This document shows positions 1 through 13,299 of a DNA stretch of 64,000 nt, in pieces. The notes under the pieces are model-generated. The model was not told the DNA's origin. It saw nothing but the letters and a program-made list of their open reading frames with translations, and searched no databases. How positions within the stretch are numbered: position 1 is the first letter of the stretch; the number at the start of each line of letters is the position of its first letter. The stretch lies in contig NW_027362770.1 of assembly GCF_046119375.1 (NCBI RefSeq), forward strand, positions 141,174,001-141,238,000, read 5' to 3'. The DNA comes from Phyllobates terribilis (Eukaryota). The translations under genes were made by a program, and so were the position numbers.

Positions 1-149
1 AGTTTCGGATTTTCAACCGTGCTTTTTATTTTTAAACCCAGGATATAATGACTACATGACACAAAACAGGTTGTGCATTTTCTCCAGGCGATACGTGATG
101 ATGGACACCACTGCAAATCGTGAAGAAACATGAAAACAAATGTCTCCTG

Positions 150-776
150 GTATACAAAACATATCTGGGCCCTCTTCTGTTCCCCATGACTGTGCCCAGA
201 GCACAAGGTCCATAAAGTCATGGTTGAGGTATTTTAGTGTAAAGAACTTGACCGGTCGCACAGAGCCCAGACCTCAACTCCATCCAACACCTATGGGATG
301 ACCTAGAATGGAAATTGTGTGCCTGACCTCTCCCCAACATCAGGGTCTGACCTTACAAATGCTCTTCTGGATGAAGGAGCAAAAATTCCTACAGGCACCT
401 CCAAAATCTTATGGAAAGTCTTCCCAGAAGAGTGGAAGCTGTACATCTGCAACGCGGCATGGTTTCAAAATCTCCGCTTGCTGTCACTCAGTAACAATCT
501 TAATTTTTTTTTAAGAAAATCGTTTTTTTATCTCCAGCTGTAAAACAGAGACAGACATCCGGTCATACCTGTAGGACAAGGACTTTCCAAATGTCATCCG
601 AGCTTTGCTGCGTGCTGCAGGATGCCCAGGGCTACTTTACAGACTGTCTGTGGCTGCACGATCCCATGTCAGGCATGTATAAATCTATTTTGCATGCAGC
701 TTTATAGGCAGTAACTTTCATAGGGTCTATGCTCCAGGGGGCGAGATAGTGGGAACATTTCTTGGGAATACCCTGT
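150..776 (+). mobile_element. Decayed Tc1/mariner 3' remnant
   Basis: Frameshifted C-terminal Tc1 transposase (HDCAQSTRSIKSW..ELD; DLTNALLDEGAKIP..FPEEWKL) at ~180-470; TIR-like end ggaataccctgta at ~764-776. Confidence 0.6.
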
Positions 777-2424
777 ACACTGAATACAGTATATATATAA
801 AAAAATTATAATTGGATTTCATAAAACATTTTTGCACCATTTAGCTTTTACAACCTCTTGGTTTCCCAACACATTTAAGATTGCTGTGGTCAGTGATCAT
901 AAAGGAGTTCGGAAAAGGACAGATAATAGAGTTCGCTGACGGATACTCAGTTAACCCATTCTGCAGACACCATCAGTGCAACCCCAAAGGCAATTGTGGG
1001 AAAGACTTAGTGCAACACAAAGGGAAGAGGGGAAGGGAGCCCACACTCTAGGGAAAGGGGGGGAAGTGGAGACCTCCTAGGTTGATCTAGCATCACCCTG
1101 TCTCCCCTAGCGTCCCTGTATTGGCTCTTCACCAATTGCTGCATGCGTTCCTCGCCCTGTCTTTCCCTGGCATTTGGCTAAGGCTAGGGAAGGGAGGAGA
1201 TGAGCACTAGTCGATCTCCACTAAACTCTATAGACAACAAGTGTGAACAAACAGGGGGGGATTGCTTAGCTTTAGACGAATCCAGACAAATGCGCACAAG
1301 TCCTCAAGCTTCAAAGAGGACGAAGTACTGCTCTTGCTAAAGCCTTCACCAGCAGTAATGAATATCGCCGGCACCTCCCTCTGAAACACACCAGGTATTT
1401 ATACACCCAGGCCAGGGAGTTAATTAGCCAGAGGGAGGTAGCTGCTGAGTCCTAGAGACAGCCTCTAAGAAGATGTCTGTAATGTCAAACGTAGAGATCT
1501 CCTGCAACCAACTGCAGGGCGACTGTTGGTCACTTTTGACACACCCATGACAGCAATAGAAGGCAAACTGTGCTACATTTTTGAATGAAACTCAATGATA
1601 AAAAATTATTTTTAGCCAAGAATACATGCAGTTATACAAAAAAAAAATTATCCCCAACCCCATGTCCCTTCCCAAAATATAGGCCTAAGTTGAAGGACGA
1701 ATCATTCCAGGATGCCAAAAATGTGAATTCTGTCTTTGGGCTCCAACAGATCCAATGGGATGTCCCCAGTCCCCTATCACATCAGTCACACAGGTTACAC
1801 TTGAATTGGCTTTTATTTCAGGTTTTGTAGCCACACAAGTATAAATATATATACAGAAAAATGCAGATTTGTCTCCTGAGCTGTTGATTTGTAGAGGATG
1901 AGGCAGCAGGGGTGACGTATGGTATCGATGTAATGAGACCCTGACAGTCCGTGGCTCCATGGTGAATGATGAGATGCGCCTATGGGGTCATTCATCTACA
2001 GCTGGTGGTCCTGCCCACGCATTTCTGGCTTTACCTGGTATATTGTGAGTATCGTCCGTATGACCTGAACACACAACTGCTGCAGAAACTGTCCGGCAGT
2101 ATTCATAGGAACACATGAAGGATGACTCCGGCGAGGCACATAACTGTCACCCTGTTAGACATCTCATGGCACAACCTAATGATGGGACTACCCGTGAAGA
2201 CCAAGTTTATGCACAACGCAAAAATGACACTTTAAAGGGGCCGTTAACAATGTGGAACTTTTTTTTTCTTTATTCACATCCACAGAAAATGAATATATTT
2301 ATCATGACATATTAAAAATAAATTACTAAATAAAGCAACAGACTTTTCACTTTTAGTCAGATGATACATTTCGTATTGCTAGATTAAACATGAATCCCTT
2401 TTAAAAATAAAAATAGACATTTAA

Positions 2425-3731
2425 AGGGGTTGTCCGTTATTTTTTTTTATATAAATGAGCTAAAGGCGGGAAGTGGTGTAAAATAATAAAAGATGCTCAC
2501 GTATGATATCATGTCCATCATTTATGGGACAGCTCTAGCCAATCACTGGCCTCGGTGATATGACATGTGACCACTGAGGACAGCGATTGGCTGCACGTGA
2601 CCACTGAGGCCAGAGATTGGCTGCACGTGACCACTGAGGCCAGAGATTGGCTGCACGTGACCACTGAGGACAGCTATTGGCTGCACGTGACCACTGAGGA
2701 CAGCGATTGGCTGAACGTGACCACTGAGGCCAAAGATTGGCTGCACGTGACCACTGAGGACAGTGATTGGCTGCACGTGACCACTGAGGCCAGAGATTGG
2801 CAGCACGTGACCACTGAGGACAGCGATTGGCTGCACGTGACCACTGAGGCCAGAGACTGGCAGCACGTGACCACTGAGGACGGCGATTGGCTGAACGTGA
2901 CCACTGAGGCCAGAGATTGGCTGCACGTGACCACTGAGGACAGCGATTGGCTGAACGTGACCACTGAGGCCAGAGATTGGCTGCACGTGACCACTGAGGC
3001 CAGAGATTGGCTGCACGTGACCACTGAGGCCAGAGATTGGCTGCACGTGACCACTGAGGCCAGAGATTGGCTGCACGTGACCACTGAGGCCAGAGATTGG
3101 CTGCACGTGACCACTGAGGCCAGAGATTGGCTGCACGTGACCACTGAGGCCAGAGATTGGCTGCACGTGACCACTGAGGCCAGAGATTGGCTGCACGTGA
3201 CCACTGAGGCCAGAGATTGGCTGCACGTGACCACTGAGGCCAGAGATTGGCTGCACGTGACCACTGAGGACAGTGATTGGCTGCACGTGACCACTGAGGC
3301 CAGAGATTGGCTGCACGTGACCACTGAGGACAGAGATTGGCTGCACGTGACCACTGAAGACAGCGATTGGCTGCACGTGACCACTGAGGACAGCGATTGG
3401 CTGCACGTGACCACTGAGGACAGCGATTGGCTGAATGTAACCACTGAAGACAGCGATTGGCTGAACGTGCCCAATGAGGCCAGAGATTGGCTGCAGGTGA
3501 CCACTGAGGACAGTGATTGGCTGCAGCAGTCATGTGAATGGTGGATATGAATTCATCACTGCAAGACCATTAGGGTCAACTAGTATGGCAGTGCTAGGTA
3601 GACTTAATAGGTGAATATTGCTTATTATGTGTGTATATGTATAACTATATATGTATATCTATCTACATATAATGCATGTATGTATAGTTTCCTGCCCTTA
3701 GTTCATTTTTGAAAAATCCTGGAAAGCCCCT
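2425..3731. mobile_element. T2/Kolobok-type MITE (TTAA-flanked) carrying a minisatellite
   Basis: TTAA|AGGGGTTGTCC at 2421 and GGAAAGCCCCT|TTAA at 3721-3735 form imperfect TIRs with TTAA on both sides. Confidence 0.75.
2567..3526. repeat. 30-bp minisatellite, ~32 copies
   Basis: Unit gtgaccactgagg(cc/ac)ag(a/c)gattggctgcac; no spacers. Confidence 0.97.
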
Positions 3732-4629
3732 TTAAGACCATGAGATATCTTCTTCTGTATCGCAAACAGAAAATCGATTAATGAAGTAATAAATGAATAA
3801 AGGATGAGTTATAGGCCAGCTCTAACATTAGTAAGTCTGGAAAAAAAAAAACTATAAATTTGTGCATCAAACAGTCTTGTCGGATCGCCCGCAGTCTTCT
3901 CCCTAATGACTGGGCTGATCGCTAACTAAGCACTCAGCCTGATCGTAGAGAGAAGTGCCGCACGGTCCTGTATATGGCCGCCTGGCACTGATCTGTATAT
4001 GTGCAGGGTAGGAAGTGAAGCTGAACACAGTGAGTGACTTAACACAGTGGGACACATTAATGAAGCCTGGGGAGGTGAGCGAACCACTAGACCACCAAAT
4101 ATAGACCCCAATCTTCTACCCCTTAAATATTCCTTTATGTGACTCCGTCCTAGGTTATAAGATTTAATGTGGCTGGATGCAAACTAGTGCAATTGTGGTG
4201 TGCAAGTTCCACCATCACTGCCATACTCAGAACTGCCTGCAGGAGGCGCTACAAGTCACACAATGGCTTATTGAGTTTCATAACAGCTGGATAGCCCCAT
4301 ATTGCTTGTGAAAGTTCATTTATCAACTAAAAGGGCCCTTCCAGTCCCGATTTTGTTGAAGAAAAAGGAATGAACTCCAGATTTTAGCGCCAAAAGCGAT
4401 TCCCGATTACCCCTCTCCCGGTCAGTCGTGTTAACACCCCTTTAACATCAGAACGGTAAACCATAAAGAGTAGAGCTCACGTAAACCCACGGACACATAT
4501 GACACTTATTTTAGTGATACAAGTCAAAAATAGAAATCTTCCCTCAAAATTTTGGTTTTTCGCTTCCTGGTTTCTCTTAACCCTGCTGCAGGTCAGAAGC
4601 GCGTCAGACTGGAGGGCGAGGGTCTCGTC

Positions 4630-4758
<129 letters not shown>

Positions 4759-4893
4759 TCAGCAGCCGTTGTGCAAACTGTGCGGTGTCTGCCGGTGGGG
4801 GCACCACAGATGTCCCGCCATCGAGGAATTCATTACCAAGGGGTCATCACACGAACAGCTTTCATCTATGATCCATGAGGGTCCTAGATCACG

Positions 4894-5033
4894 AAAGGTA
4901 TTTATTAAGAGCAGTATCACAAAGCGTTTCGGCTGTGTCCAGCCTTCATCAGGTGCAAGCACCAAGGTGATGCACCAGATGAAGGCTGGATACAGTCGAA
5001 ACGCAGTGAGATATTGTTCTTAATAAATACCTT
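4894..5033. repeat. ~140-bp hairpin with two inverted degenerate hammerhead cores (Penelope-like remnant)
   Basis: aggtatttattaagagcag...cgtttcggctgtgtccagccttcatcagg is mirrored by cagatgaaggctggatacagtcgaaacg...tgttcttaataaatacct. Confidence 0.65.
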
Positions 5034-6417
5034 TTAATATTTTTGGTGAGTCCCCTACTCTCCATTTTACCTATATGGGAGCGCCTGGTTTGATATGATT
5101 GTTTCCTGCCGGAACGCTCCTTGGAGGAGATGTGTGCAGCTGTGGTGTTGGCTGCAGCTGAATGTTGTGTTTCTCCCATGCGATACAGGGAGTTTTACCC
5201 TAAATTGCACAACCGCACCAGGTGAGAGTCTTTTATATGTCTCTCACTTTATTTTGCCGTTCTATCTATCTGCCAATACTACACTCAGATAGCACAGCTC
5301 CACATACCACTTTACCCCTAAGGAAAATAACTCTAGATATTAAACTTCTAAGGGGGATAAAGAGGGCATGTGTGACCACCACCATTACATACGCTTCTAA
5401 GGGCAAGTGTGACCACAATTATCTAAGGGGTAACGTCTCTACTAGTGGAGAGTGACATGACAGTGTAAGGAGACTTGTAGGCCATGCAATGCTCCTATGG
5501 GAAAATTGCATATTTAAATTCCCAGAGAAGCATTGCATTGCCCACAAGTCTCCTTACACTGGCATGTCAGGCATGTCACTCTCCACACAGAGAGACTTTA
5601 CCCCTTAGAATACAGTCAGAGCCAAGTCAGATTCCTTGCTTTGCACTGAGGAAGGGGGAAACACTCCAAAACACGTGTCTGCTAATAGGATAAAAGCCAA
5701 ACAAGAATCTCTAGGGCTCTTTAAAGGGTCGATATTAACTTTTAGGAATGCTACATCCAATAGGTGGCGCTAGAGTTCTAGTCCTCTTCCTCTCTCTGAA
5801 GAGGCAATTAGACCACAATTATATTGCACGTGTGTGACCCCCAATATTATCACTTCTAAGTGTGCGGTAGCGAACATATGCGACCACCATTTCATTCACT
5901 TCTATGGGAGGCGTATTGAGCTTGCGCGACCATGATTCCATCCACTTCTAAGGGAGCGATAGCAATCATGGATGACCACCATTCCCATAAACAGTGAACG
6001 AAGCTGTGAAAACACAGGTGCACTTTATTCACACGGGTGACATAGGATCCCCTTTGTGATGATGGGTCGGACCCCTCACTGATCACAAGTGTATTGCTTG
6101 TGTTGTGGATATGTAATAACTGTTCTTTGTGGGATAACCACTTTAATATTAAAGGGGTCACCCAGGACTGTGATACTTATAAAGTTATCAATATCAGGTC
6201 GGTGGTGGGGCCGACAACTGACACTACCAGGTCAGGCGCCGAACGGAAGTACACAGTGTAGTGGCTGTTCTGGGGTACTGCGGTTCATCTGGTGGTGGTT
6301 GCAGGCAGTGCAGACAATACTCCTGTATTCCTTTCCACAAGAGGCCCCATGGTCGTATTGCAGCCTGCATCTATGGAAGGTATACGGCTCAATGCAGCAA
6401 TAAATATGGAAACTCAC

Positions 6418-6471
6418 CTCTAGGAATACTCCTGTGATTAAAGGGTTCAGGATGTCCGATTTTTCAGATGC
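6418..6471 (-). CDS. FAM114A2: FAM114A2 coding exon 12
   Basis: ccag|ASEKSDILNPLITGVFLE|gtgagt; 54 nt, phase 0/0. Confidence 0.93.
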
Positions 6472-6857
6472 CTGGAAATAGCATAAATATTAGACGAGTA
6501 CACACATGAGACCCAGCAATACCCGATTATTCTTTATTTGCAAAATGAAAATGGTTGTCCTAATGCCCCTATTAAAGGGGCTTCATAGCACATGGGGGAA
6601 AGAAAAGCATCGTATGGACCCCCCTCTCTATGAGTCAGAGCTGTGATGAGACGGGAAGTAAATGAACCTCTAATATCTGCTTTTTGGTGTAACTGCAGAG
6701 ATTACTGACCCCTATGACACAAACTCCTGGACTGCCACTATCACCGTGGACGGATAGCAGTGAAAATCTGCAGATGATTCACAAGCGGATCCCTTTTAGA
6801 GATGACATTTCTGCATCCTTTCTTTACTCTATTCTGCAAATTTAAAAACTTAGATAT

Positions 6858-6873
6858 TGCCACCTAGTGGTCA
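6858..6873 (-). promoter_or_regulatory. Candidate CTCF motif
   Basis: Minus strand TGACCACTAGGTGGCA resembles the CTCF core CCAC(C/T)AG(G/A)(G/T)GGC; motif match only. Confidence 0.35.
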
Positions 6874-7020
6874 ATCTACAGCATTAAAAATGCTTGAAAT
6901 TAATTAGAAAATGAGAGCAAGTAATAAACATGCAGCTATGAATTCTGCTATTTGCTATTATGTAAGAACCTCCTAAATTTATGTATGGATCGCCTACATT
7001 TATGAAGGATATAAAATAAA

Positions 7021-8210
7021 AGAACACTCCGGTAAGACCCCGGACATTGTTGGACAGAATACTCCGGGAAGACCCCGGACATTGTTGGACAGAATACTCC
7101 GGGAAGACCCCGGACATTGTTGGACAGAGCACTCCGGGAAGACCCCGGACATTGTTGGACAGAACACTCCGGTAAGACCCCGGACATTGTTGGACAGAAC
7201 ACTCCGGGAAGACCCCAGACATTGTTGGACAGAATACTCCGGGAAGACCCCGGACATTGTTGGACAGAATACTCCGGGAAGACCCCGGACATTGTTGGAA
7301 AGAACACTCCGGGAAGACCCCGGACATTGTTGGACAGAATACTCCGGGAAGACCCCGGACATTGTTGGACAGAATACTCCGGGAAGACCCCAGACATTGT
7401 TGGACAGAATACTCCGGTAAGACCCCGGACATTGTTGGACAGAACACTCCGGGAAGACCCCGGACATTGTTGGACAGAACACTCCGGGAAGACCCCGGAC
7501 ATTGTTGGACAGAACACTCCGGGAAGACCCCGGACATTGTTGGACAGAACACTCCGGAAAGACCCCGGACATTGTTGGACAGAACACTCCGGGAAGACCG
7601 CGGACATTGTTGGACAGAACACTCCGGGAAGACCGCGGACATTGTTGGACAGAACACTCCGGGAAGACCGCGGACATTGTTGGACAGAACACTCCGGGAA
7701 GACCCCGGACATTGTTGGACAGAACACTCCGGGAAGACCCCGGACATTGTTGGACAGAACACTCCGGGAAGACCCCGGACATTGTTGGACAGAACACTCC
7801 GGGAAGACCCCGGACATTGTTGGACAGAACACTCCGGGAAGACCCCGGACATTGTTGGACAGAACACTCCGGGAAGACCCCGGACATTGTTGGACAGAAC
7901 ACTCCGGGAAGACCCCGGACATTGTTGGACAGAACACTCCGGGAAGACCCCGGACATTGTTGGACAGAACACTCCGGGAAGACCCCGGACATTGTTGGAC
8001 AGAACACTCCGGGAAGACCCCGGACATTGTTGGACAGAACACTGCGGGAAGACCCCGGACATTGTTGGACAGAACACTGCGGGAAGACCCCGGACATTGT
8101 TGGACAGAACACTCTGAGAAGACCCTGGAGATTGTTGGACAGAATACTCAGAGAAGACCCTGGAGATTGTTGGACAGAATACTCAGAGAAGACCCCGGAG
8201 ATTGTTGGAC
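7021..8210. repeat. 35-bp minisatellite, ~34 copies (intronic)
   Basis: Unit agaacactccgggaagaccccggacattgttggac. Confidence 0.97.
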
Positions 8211-8380
8211 ATCACAGCCTGTGTATTCCTTCTGCTCTCACTGGTCGAAATCTGAATAAAAGAAACTTCTACGTTGGACTGAGCGTAGTTCTCACATGAT
8301 ATCTATATTGTGTAGCAATATTAATGATATATAGCCTGTATCCTGGGTGCCAGTACTATATGTAAAGGCACGTTACTTAC

Positions 8381-8453
8381 CCCTGCGGTTGTCAGAAGAG
8401 TGGTCATCCTCTTTGATAGCTGTGACAGCTCCCTGCACAGTGCAACAGTCATT
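8381..8453 (-). CDS. FAM114A2: FAM114A2 coding exon 11
   Basis: ccag|(Q)MTVALCRELSQLSKRMTTLLTTAG|gtaagt; 73 nt, phase 2/0. Confidence 0.93.
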
Positions 8454-9033
8454 CTGGTGGTGAGAAAGTTAAGACATTTAATGCAAACTTAAAGGGGTTG
8501 TCTACTAAATAAAATTATTTTCCATAAATTCTATTAGGTTAAATGGAGATTAAAAATATAAAAATGCTTCTTTAATGAGAATGGGCATCTGCTATAAAGT
8601 GGGGCTTGTGCACACAATACGGGGACAGTGTAAAAACATTTTCCAGGATTTATAAACATTTATCCAGACGCAAAGAATGAATTAGAGAATAGTTAAAAAA
8701 AATCTCTATACAACTTCTTTCTTGCATGTTCAAGAACATGTGACCGCTGCAGCCAATCACTGGTCTCAATGTACTGTTCATACTGTCATCACCACTGAGG
8801 CCAGTGATTGACTATAGAGGTTATGTGAATGATGTACGGTAAAAAGGAACCACAGTATAGCGGTAGGGTTTTGAATAGATGAGTATAGCTTGGTTGTTTT
8901 TTTTATTTAACTAATTTCCTTCTATATTCAGATCCGATTGCAAATGCATATAGGTTGATAAATCAATAAATGTAGCCTCCAGGCCACCATTGACAAACAG
9001 CGATGGCTTATAGATAAGCGGATTGAACCCTTA

Positions 9034-9171
<138 letters not shown>

Positions 9172-9353
9172 CTAACAAAGGAGAAGAGGGCATTGGTGTG
9201 TATTCCAGGATCACGTTCCTCACTGCTCCAAGTACGTTATATACCAGGGTTGTGCATACCATGGTTATAGGGGATCCCCTAGTCCTGGACAACCCCTTTA
9301 AAAACACAGAAAGTACACAGAGCTGGACAGAGATCCAATCACTCTCACTATAC

Positions 9354-9455
9354 CTCTATGGTGGGTTTCCTCTGTGGATCAGCGTTCTCCTCCGCTCCTG
9401 TCACTTTCTCCTCCTCCTCCGCTTTAATAATCCAGTTGTAAGTGGCTTTTCGGGC
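9354..9455 (-). CDS. FAM114A2: FAM114A2 coding exon 9
   Basis: ttcag|ARKATYNWIIKAEEEEKVTGAEENADPQRKPTIE|gtatag; 102 nt. Confidence 0.85.
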
Positions 9456-10309
9456 CTGAAATAACAAGAGACGTCAGCGGGCGAAAGTAATTACAGGAAG
9501 CCATAATCCACAATGGGGTAAAATTAGGAAACTCGGCTGATGACTCAGAAAGTTGTAAAGTGGCAAATGAGTCTCAGGATTGTTCTGGGTCCACAAAACA
9601 GTATGATGGCATACGGGTGATCAGAGAGAAAATGATCTCGCCACATCGCACTCATGTAAAAAAAAATCTGACGCACACTAATCTCAGTATTCTTATTTTT
9701 GTATTTGGGGCTAAAAATAATTTTTGCCATTGAGTTTTATCAAAAATGTTGCACCGTTTGGCTTCTATAGCCTTTCTGTTGCACAGACTATTGCTGGCAG
9801 CAGAATGAGCTAACTGAGAATCCATCAGTAAGCTCATTCAAATTGAATGACGGGAGGGTCTGTGACTCTTATGTCTTTTGCTGAGCTCCTCTCTGCTGTT
9901 TTATGATCACAGTTCACAGCAAAGTTGCAGGGAAACGAAGCCAAACAGGGCAACATTTTCATTAAACCAAATTGCAAAAATTATTGTTAGCCCCAAGCCC
10001 ACATATTTAAATAAAAAATTATAATAATTATCCCCTTTAATCAATTCTTACAACACAGAATAATCACAGCAGAAATCGATCGGGCAGCGCTGATGCGTCC
10101 GTTTTAGTTTATCGGACTGACGCAATGCAATCTCTGTAGGTGCAGCTCCTAACTCCCAAATGGTGCACCTTCATCAGGCACAATGACACTCAGCACAAGT
10201 ATAATGATCAAAACGAGAGGACTACCTATTCATTAGTGCCCAATTCAGGACAGAAACAAAAAGGATTGGAAAAAGGAACTTGTAAATATATCTAAAGTGT
10301 AAGATTTGT

Positions 10310-10940
10310 ATTACATTTCCATAAGACGCACCTAGGTTTTAGAGGAGGAAAATAGAATTAAAATGTCGTCATGATGCACTATTAAGGGGGAAGGGTTCTG
10401 CCGCTGAAACTGTTATAGGGTTAATGTTCCCCAATTCTGTTAATATCCCCCATCCGTGTATATATGGCCCCCTCCTTCCTGTTATAAGTGGCCCTCATCC
10501 CCATCCCGGTACGCATGGCACCCCTCATCCCCATCCCGGTACGCATGGCACCCCTCATCTCCATCCTGGTATACATGGCACCCCTCATCTCCATCCTGGT
10601 ATGCATGGCACCCCTCATCCCCGTCCTGGTATGCATGGCACCCCTATCCTTCTTCCTGGTATGCATAGCATCCCCTGATTCCCATCCTGGTATGCATGGC
10701 ACCCCTCATCTCCATCCTGGTATGCATGGCACCCCTCATCTCCATCCTGGTATGCATGGCACCCCTCATCCCCGTCCTGGTATGCATGGCACCCCTAATC
10801 CCCATCCTGGTATGCATAGCACCCCCTGATTCCCATCCTGGTATGCATGGCACCCCTAATCCCCATCCTGGTATGCATAGCACCCCCTGATTCCCATCCT
10901 GGTATGCATGGCACCCCAAAATAGTCCGGAAAATACAGTA
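10310..10940. mobile_element. Tigger/pogo-like MITE with internal 30-bp minisatellite (10490-10915)
   Basis: ataagacgcacc at the left; atagtccggaaaatacagta at the right (reverse complement of a TAccgtattt..ggactat-type end); unit ccatcctggtatgcatggcacccctcatc(t/c). Confidence 0.55.
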
Positions 10941-11086
10941 TTTATTTCTTCTTTTTATGATGGATTTTTGCCGTAGATTCTCTTGTAAAATACACATGAA
11001 ATCAGCCCATGGCAAATCTGCAACAATCGTTCTTAATGAGGAAAAAAGTAGTAAATTATGAGGTGAACCATAATTTGCCAGATTCC

Positions 11087-11560
11087 GTTTTCTGCACCAT
11101 AAATTACCCCTCTCCCTGTTTTCTGCACCATAATTTACCCCTCTCCCTGTTTTCTGCACCATAATTTGAGACTTTCCCTGTTTTCTGCACCATAATTTAC
11201 CCCTCTCCCTGTTTTCTGCACCATAATTTACCCCTCTCCCTGTTTTCTGCACCATAATTTGACACTTTCCTTGTTTTCTGCACCATAATTTGACACTTCC
11301 CCTGTTTTCTGCACCATAATTTGACACTTCCCCTGTTTTCTGCACCATAATTTACCCCTCTCCGTTTTCTGCACCATAATTTGACACTTTCCCTGTTTTC
11401 TGCACCATAATTTGACACTTCCCCTGTTTTCTGCACCATAATTTGACACTTCCCCTGTTTTCTGCACCATAATTTACCCCTCTCCGTTTTCTGCACCATA
11501 ATTTGACACTTTCCCTGTTTTCTGCACCATAATTTGACACTTTCCCTGTTTTCTGCCACT
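11087..11560. repeat. 30-31-bp minisatellite, ~15 copies
   Basis: Unit gttttctgcaccataattt(acccctctc/gacactt(t/c))cct. Confidence 0.95.
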
Positions 11561-12154
11561 GTAGCCACTATTTTTTGTTGTAAAGTTGCTATCTTTCTCC
11601 AGCTAACTTCATATCAACCCCTTAGTGACGGGCTTTAACCCCTCCCAAGTGCCGGGCAAGGTCAATTTTTGATGCACAATGAATGCCGTAAAAACGAAAA
11701 AAAAAAAACACTAAAAAACAAGAAAAGTTTTTTTGTCACAGTTTCGCCACGCTCGGAATGGTTTCCTTTTTTCCCGTTTTTAATATATTATATAGCAAAG
11801 TGAATGGTGTCATTCAAAATTACAACCCAGCCCCACTATGGCTTAAATTTTTCTCCTTCAGGTTGTGACAATGAAAAAGAAATTACTCTTGGAAGAAAGG
11901 AAGAGAAAGAAAATATAGCATTCGCTGGGCCATTTTTTACAGCTATCGCCACTCAGATCGGCCCAGCGAGCATGCTTACTTTATTAGTGAAAGGCGTGTC
12001 TGGCAGAGCTCACTTCGCTGCAAAACATACGGATAAGACATGTGGAAATCCAACATGCCCAATCCTGGTTTTGCCGATCCTCAACGGGATCTTTCAGACT
12101 TTGCTTAATAGAAAGCTGGACCTTCCGCCATTGTGGATATATTGACATACTCAC

Positions 12155-12234
12155 ATTTGTCAGTTTCTCCGGCCGCACAGAGATCTGCAACTCCTTGAAC
12201 AAAGCCGATATTTCCACCACAAAATCCTCATCCG
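12155..12234 (-). CDS. FAM114A2: FAM114A2 coding exon 8
   Basis: ttag|(A)DEDFVVEISALFKELQISVRPEKLTN|gtgagt; 80 nt, phase 1/0. Confidence 0.92.
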
Positions 12235-13299
12235 CTAAGGAAAAAAAACAGGGAGTTCAAGATCAGTATGGACACATCAGACCACTGAGAATTATTAAAG
12301 GGGGTGTTTCAACCTCCTGGGAGTAAAAAAAAAAAGTGTTAATAATACGTTATTAACGTTATTACAACATTAATAAAGGAACATTGTAATACAGTCTAGA
12401 TTAAAAATCCACCTTTGGGGGCAATTTTTTTTTTTTTACTTAAATGCATGTATTTTGGGTCCAAAAAGAAATAAAAAATAATTTTTACAATTGGGTTTCA
12501 TTAAAAATTTTGCACTGAATGGTTTTTACAGGCTTTTTATTTCCCTGCAAATCCAAACTAGATGTGATCCATGGTTATAAATCAGCTGAAACAGACAGAT
12601 AAAACTGTTACAAACTCTCCCATTGGACTGTCAGAATGAGCTCACTGACAGATTCTCAGTTAACTCTGTAGCCAGCAAGACAGTGAAACATAGAAGCTAT
12701 AGAAGGCAAATAATGCAACGAGCCCAATGTTAGTCTATGGGAGACCCGAGCATTTTTGCGGCGGCACCCCCGGCAGTCTGTAGAAAGCCTAAAAAGTGCC
12801 CAAAAACGATAGTGACAGTGCTCAAATGACATGGGGACAGCATGGGGATCACCCCTGGAAGCATTTCTGACCCCCAGGTCACTGCTGTCAACAACGTGGT
12901 CAGAGGTATTAAGCCACTTTTAAGGGCTCATAATAAAACGTTCAAAAATGAAACAAACTGCTTTCCTGTGAAATATGTTAAGGAACTTCCTTTCCAGGGT
13001 AAAGACTTGTGTATAAGGTAAAATAAATAACCAAAAACATAAATACTCCTCCACACCTGGGGCTATGTTCACAAGTAGCATTTTTTATGCGTTTTTGCAC
13101 TTTTGTATTGCTTTCAACCATGACAAATGCATTCACCGGGAAATGTCATTTTAACATTTTACAACCTTATCTGGCCATGTGCTGTGTGACACATGCATAC
13201 AGTGCTGAAAAGACATGGGAACAGCATGGGGAAGACCCCTGGAAGCATCTCTGACACCCAGGTTACTGCCTAAAAGCGTGCCCATCAGAAGTGATCCTT

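Noticed and set aside
52-261. 69-aa minus-strand ORF
   Set aside because: Largely the antisense of a Tc1 remnant.
960-1560. Possible solo LTR
   Set aside because: Composition and a TATA-like word are suggestive, but I could not define TG..CA ends or a TSD.
1961-2072. C/D-box snoRNA-like ATGATGA..CTGA, and a nearby exon-like stretch ending |gtgagt
   Set aside because: Terminal stem is weak, no recognisable rRNA guide, no plus-strand host gene or known protein similarity.
2535-3550. 276-332-aa ORFs on both strands
   Set aside because: Stop-free translations of the 30-bp repeat; no splice or domain support.
7021-8210. CRISPR-like appearance of this and other arrays
   Set aside because: Units are contiguous with no unique spacers, there are no cas genes, and the context is eukaryotic.
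6884-8299. Six ORFs of 265-397 aa
   Set aside because: Read-through of the 35-bp intronic array.
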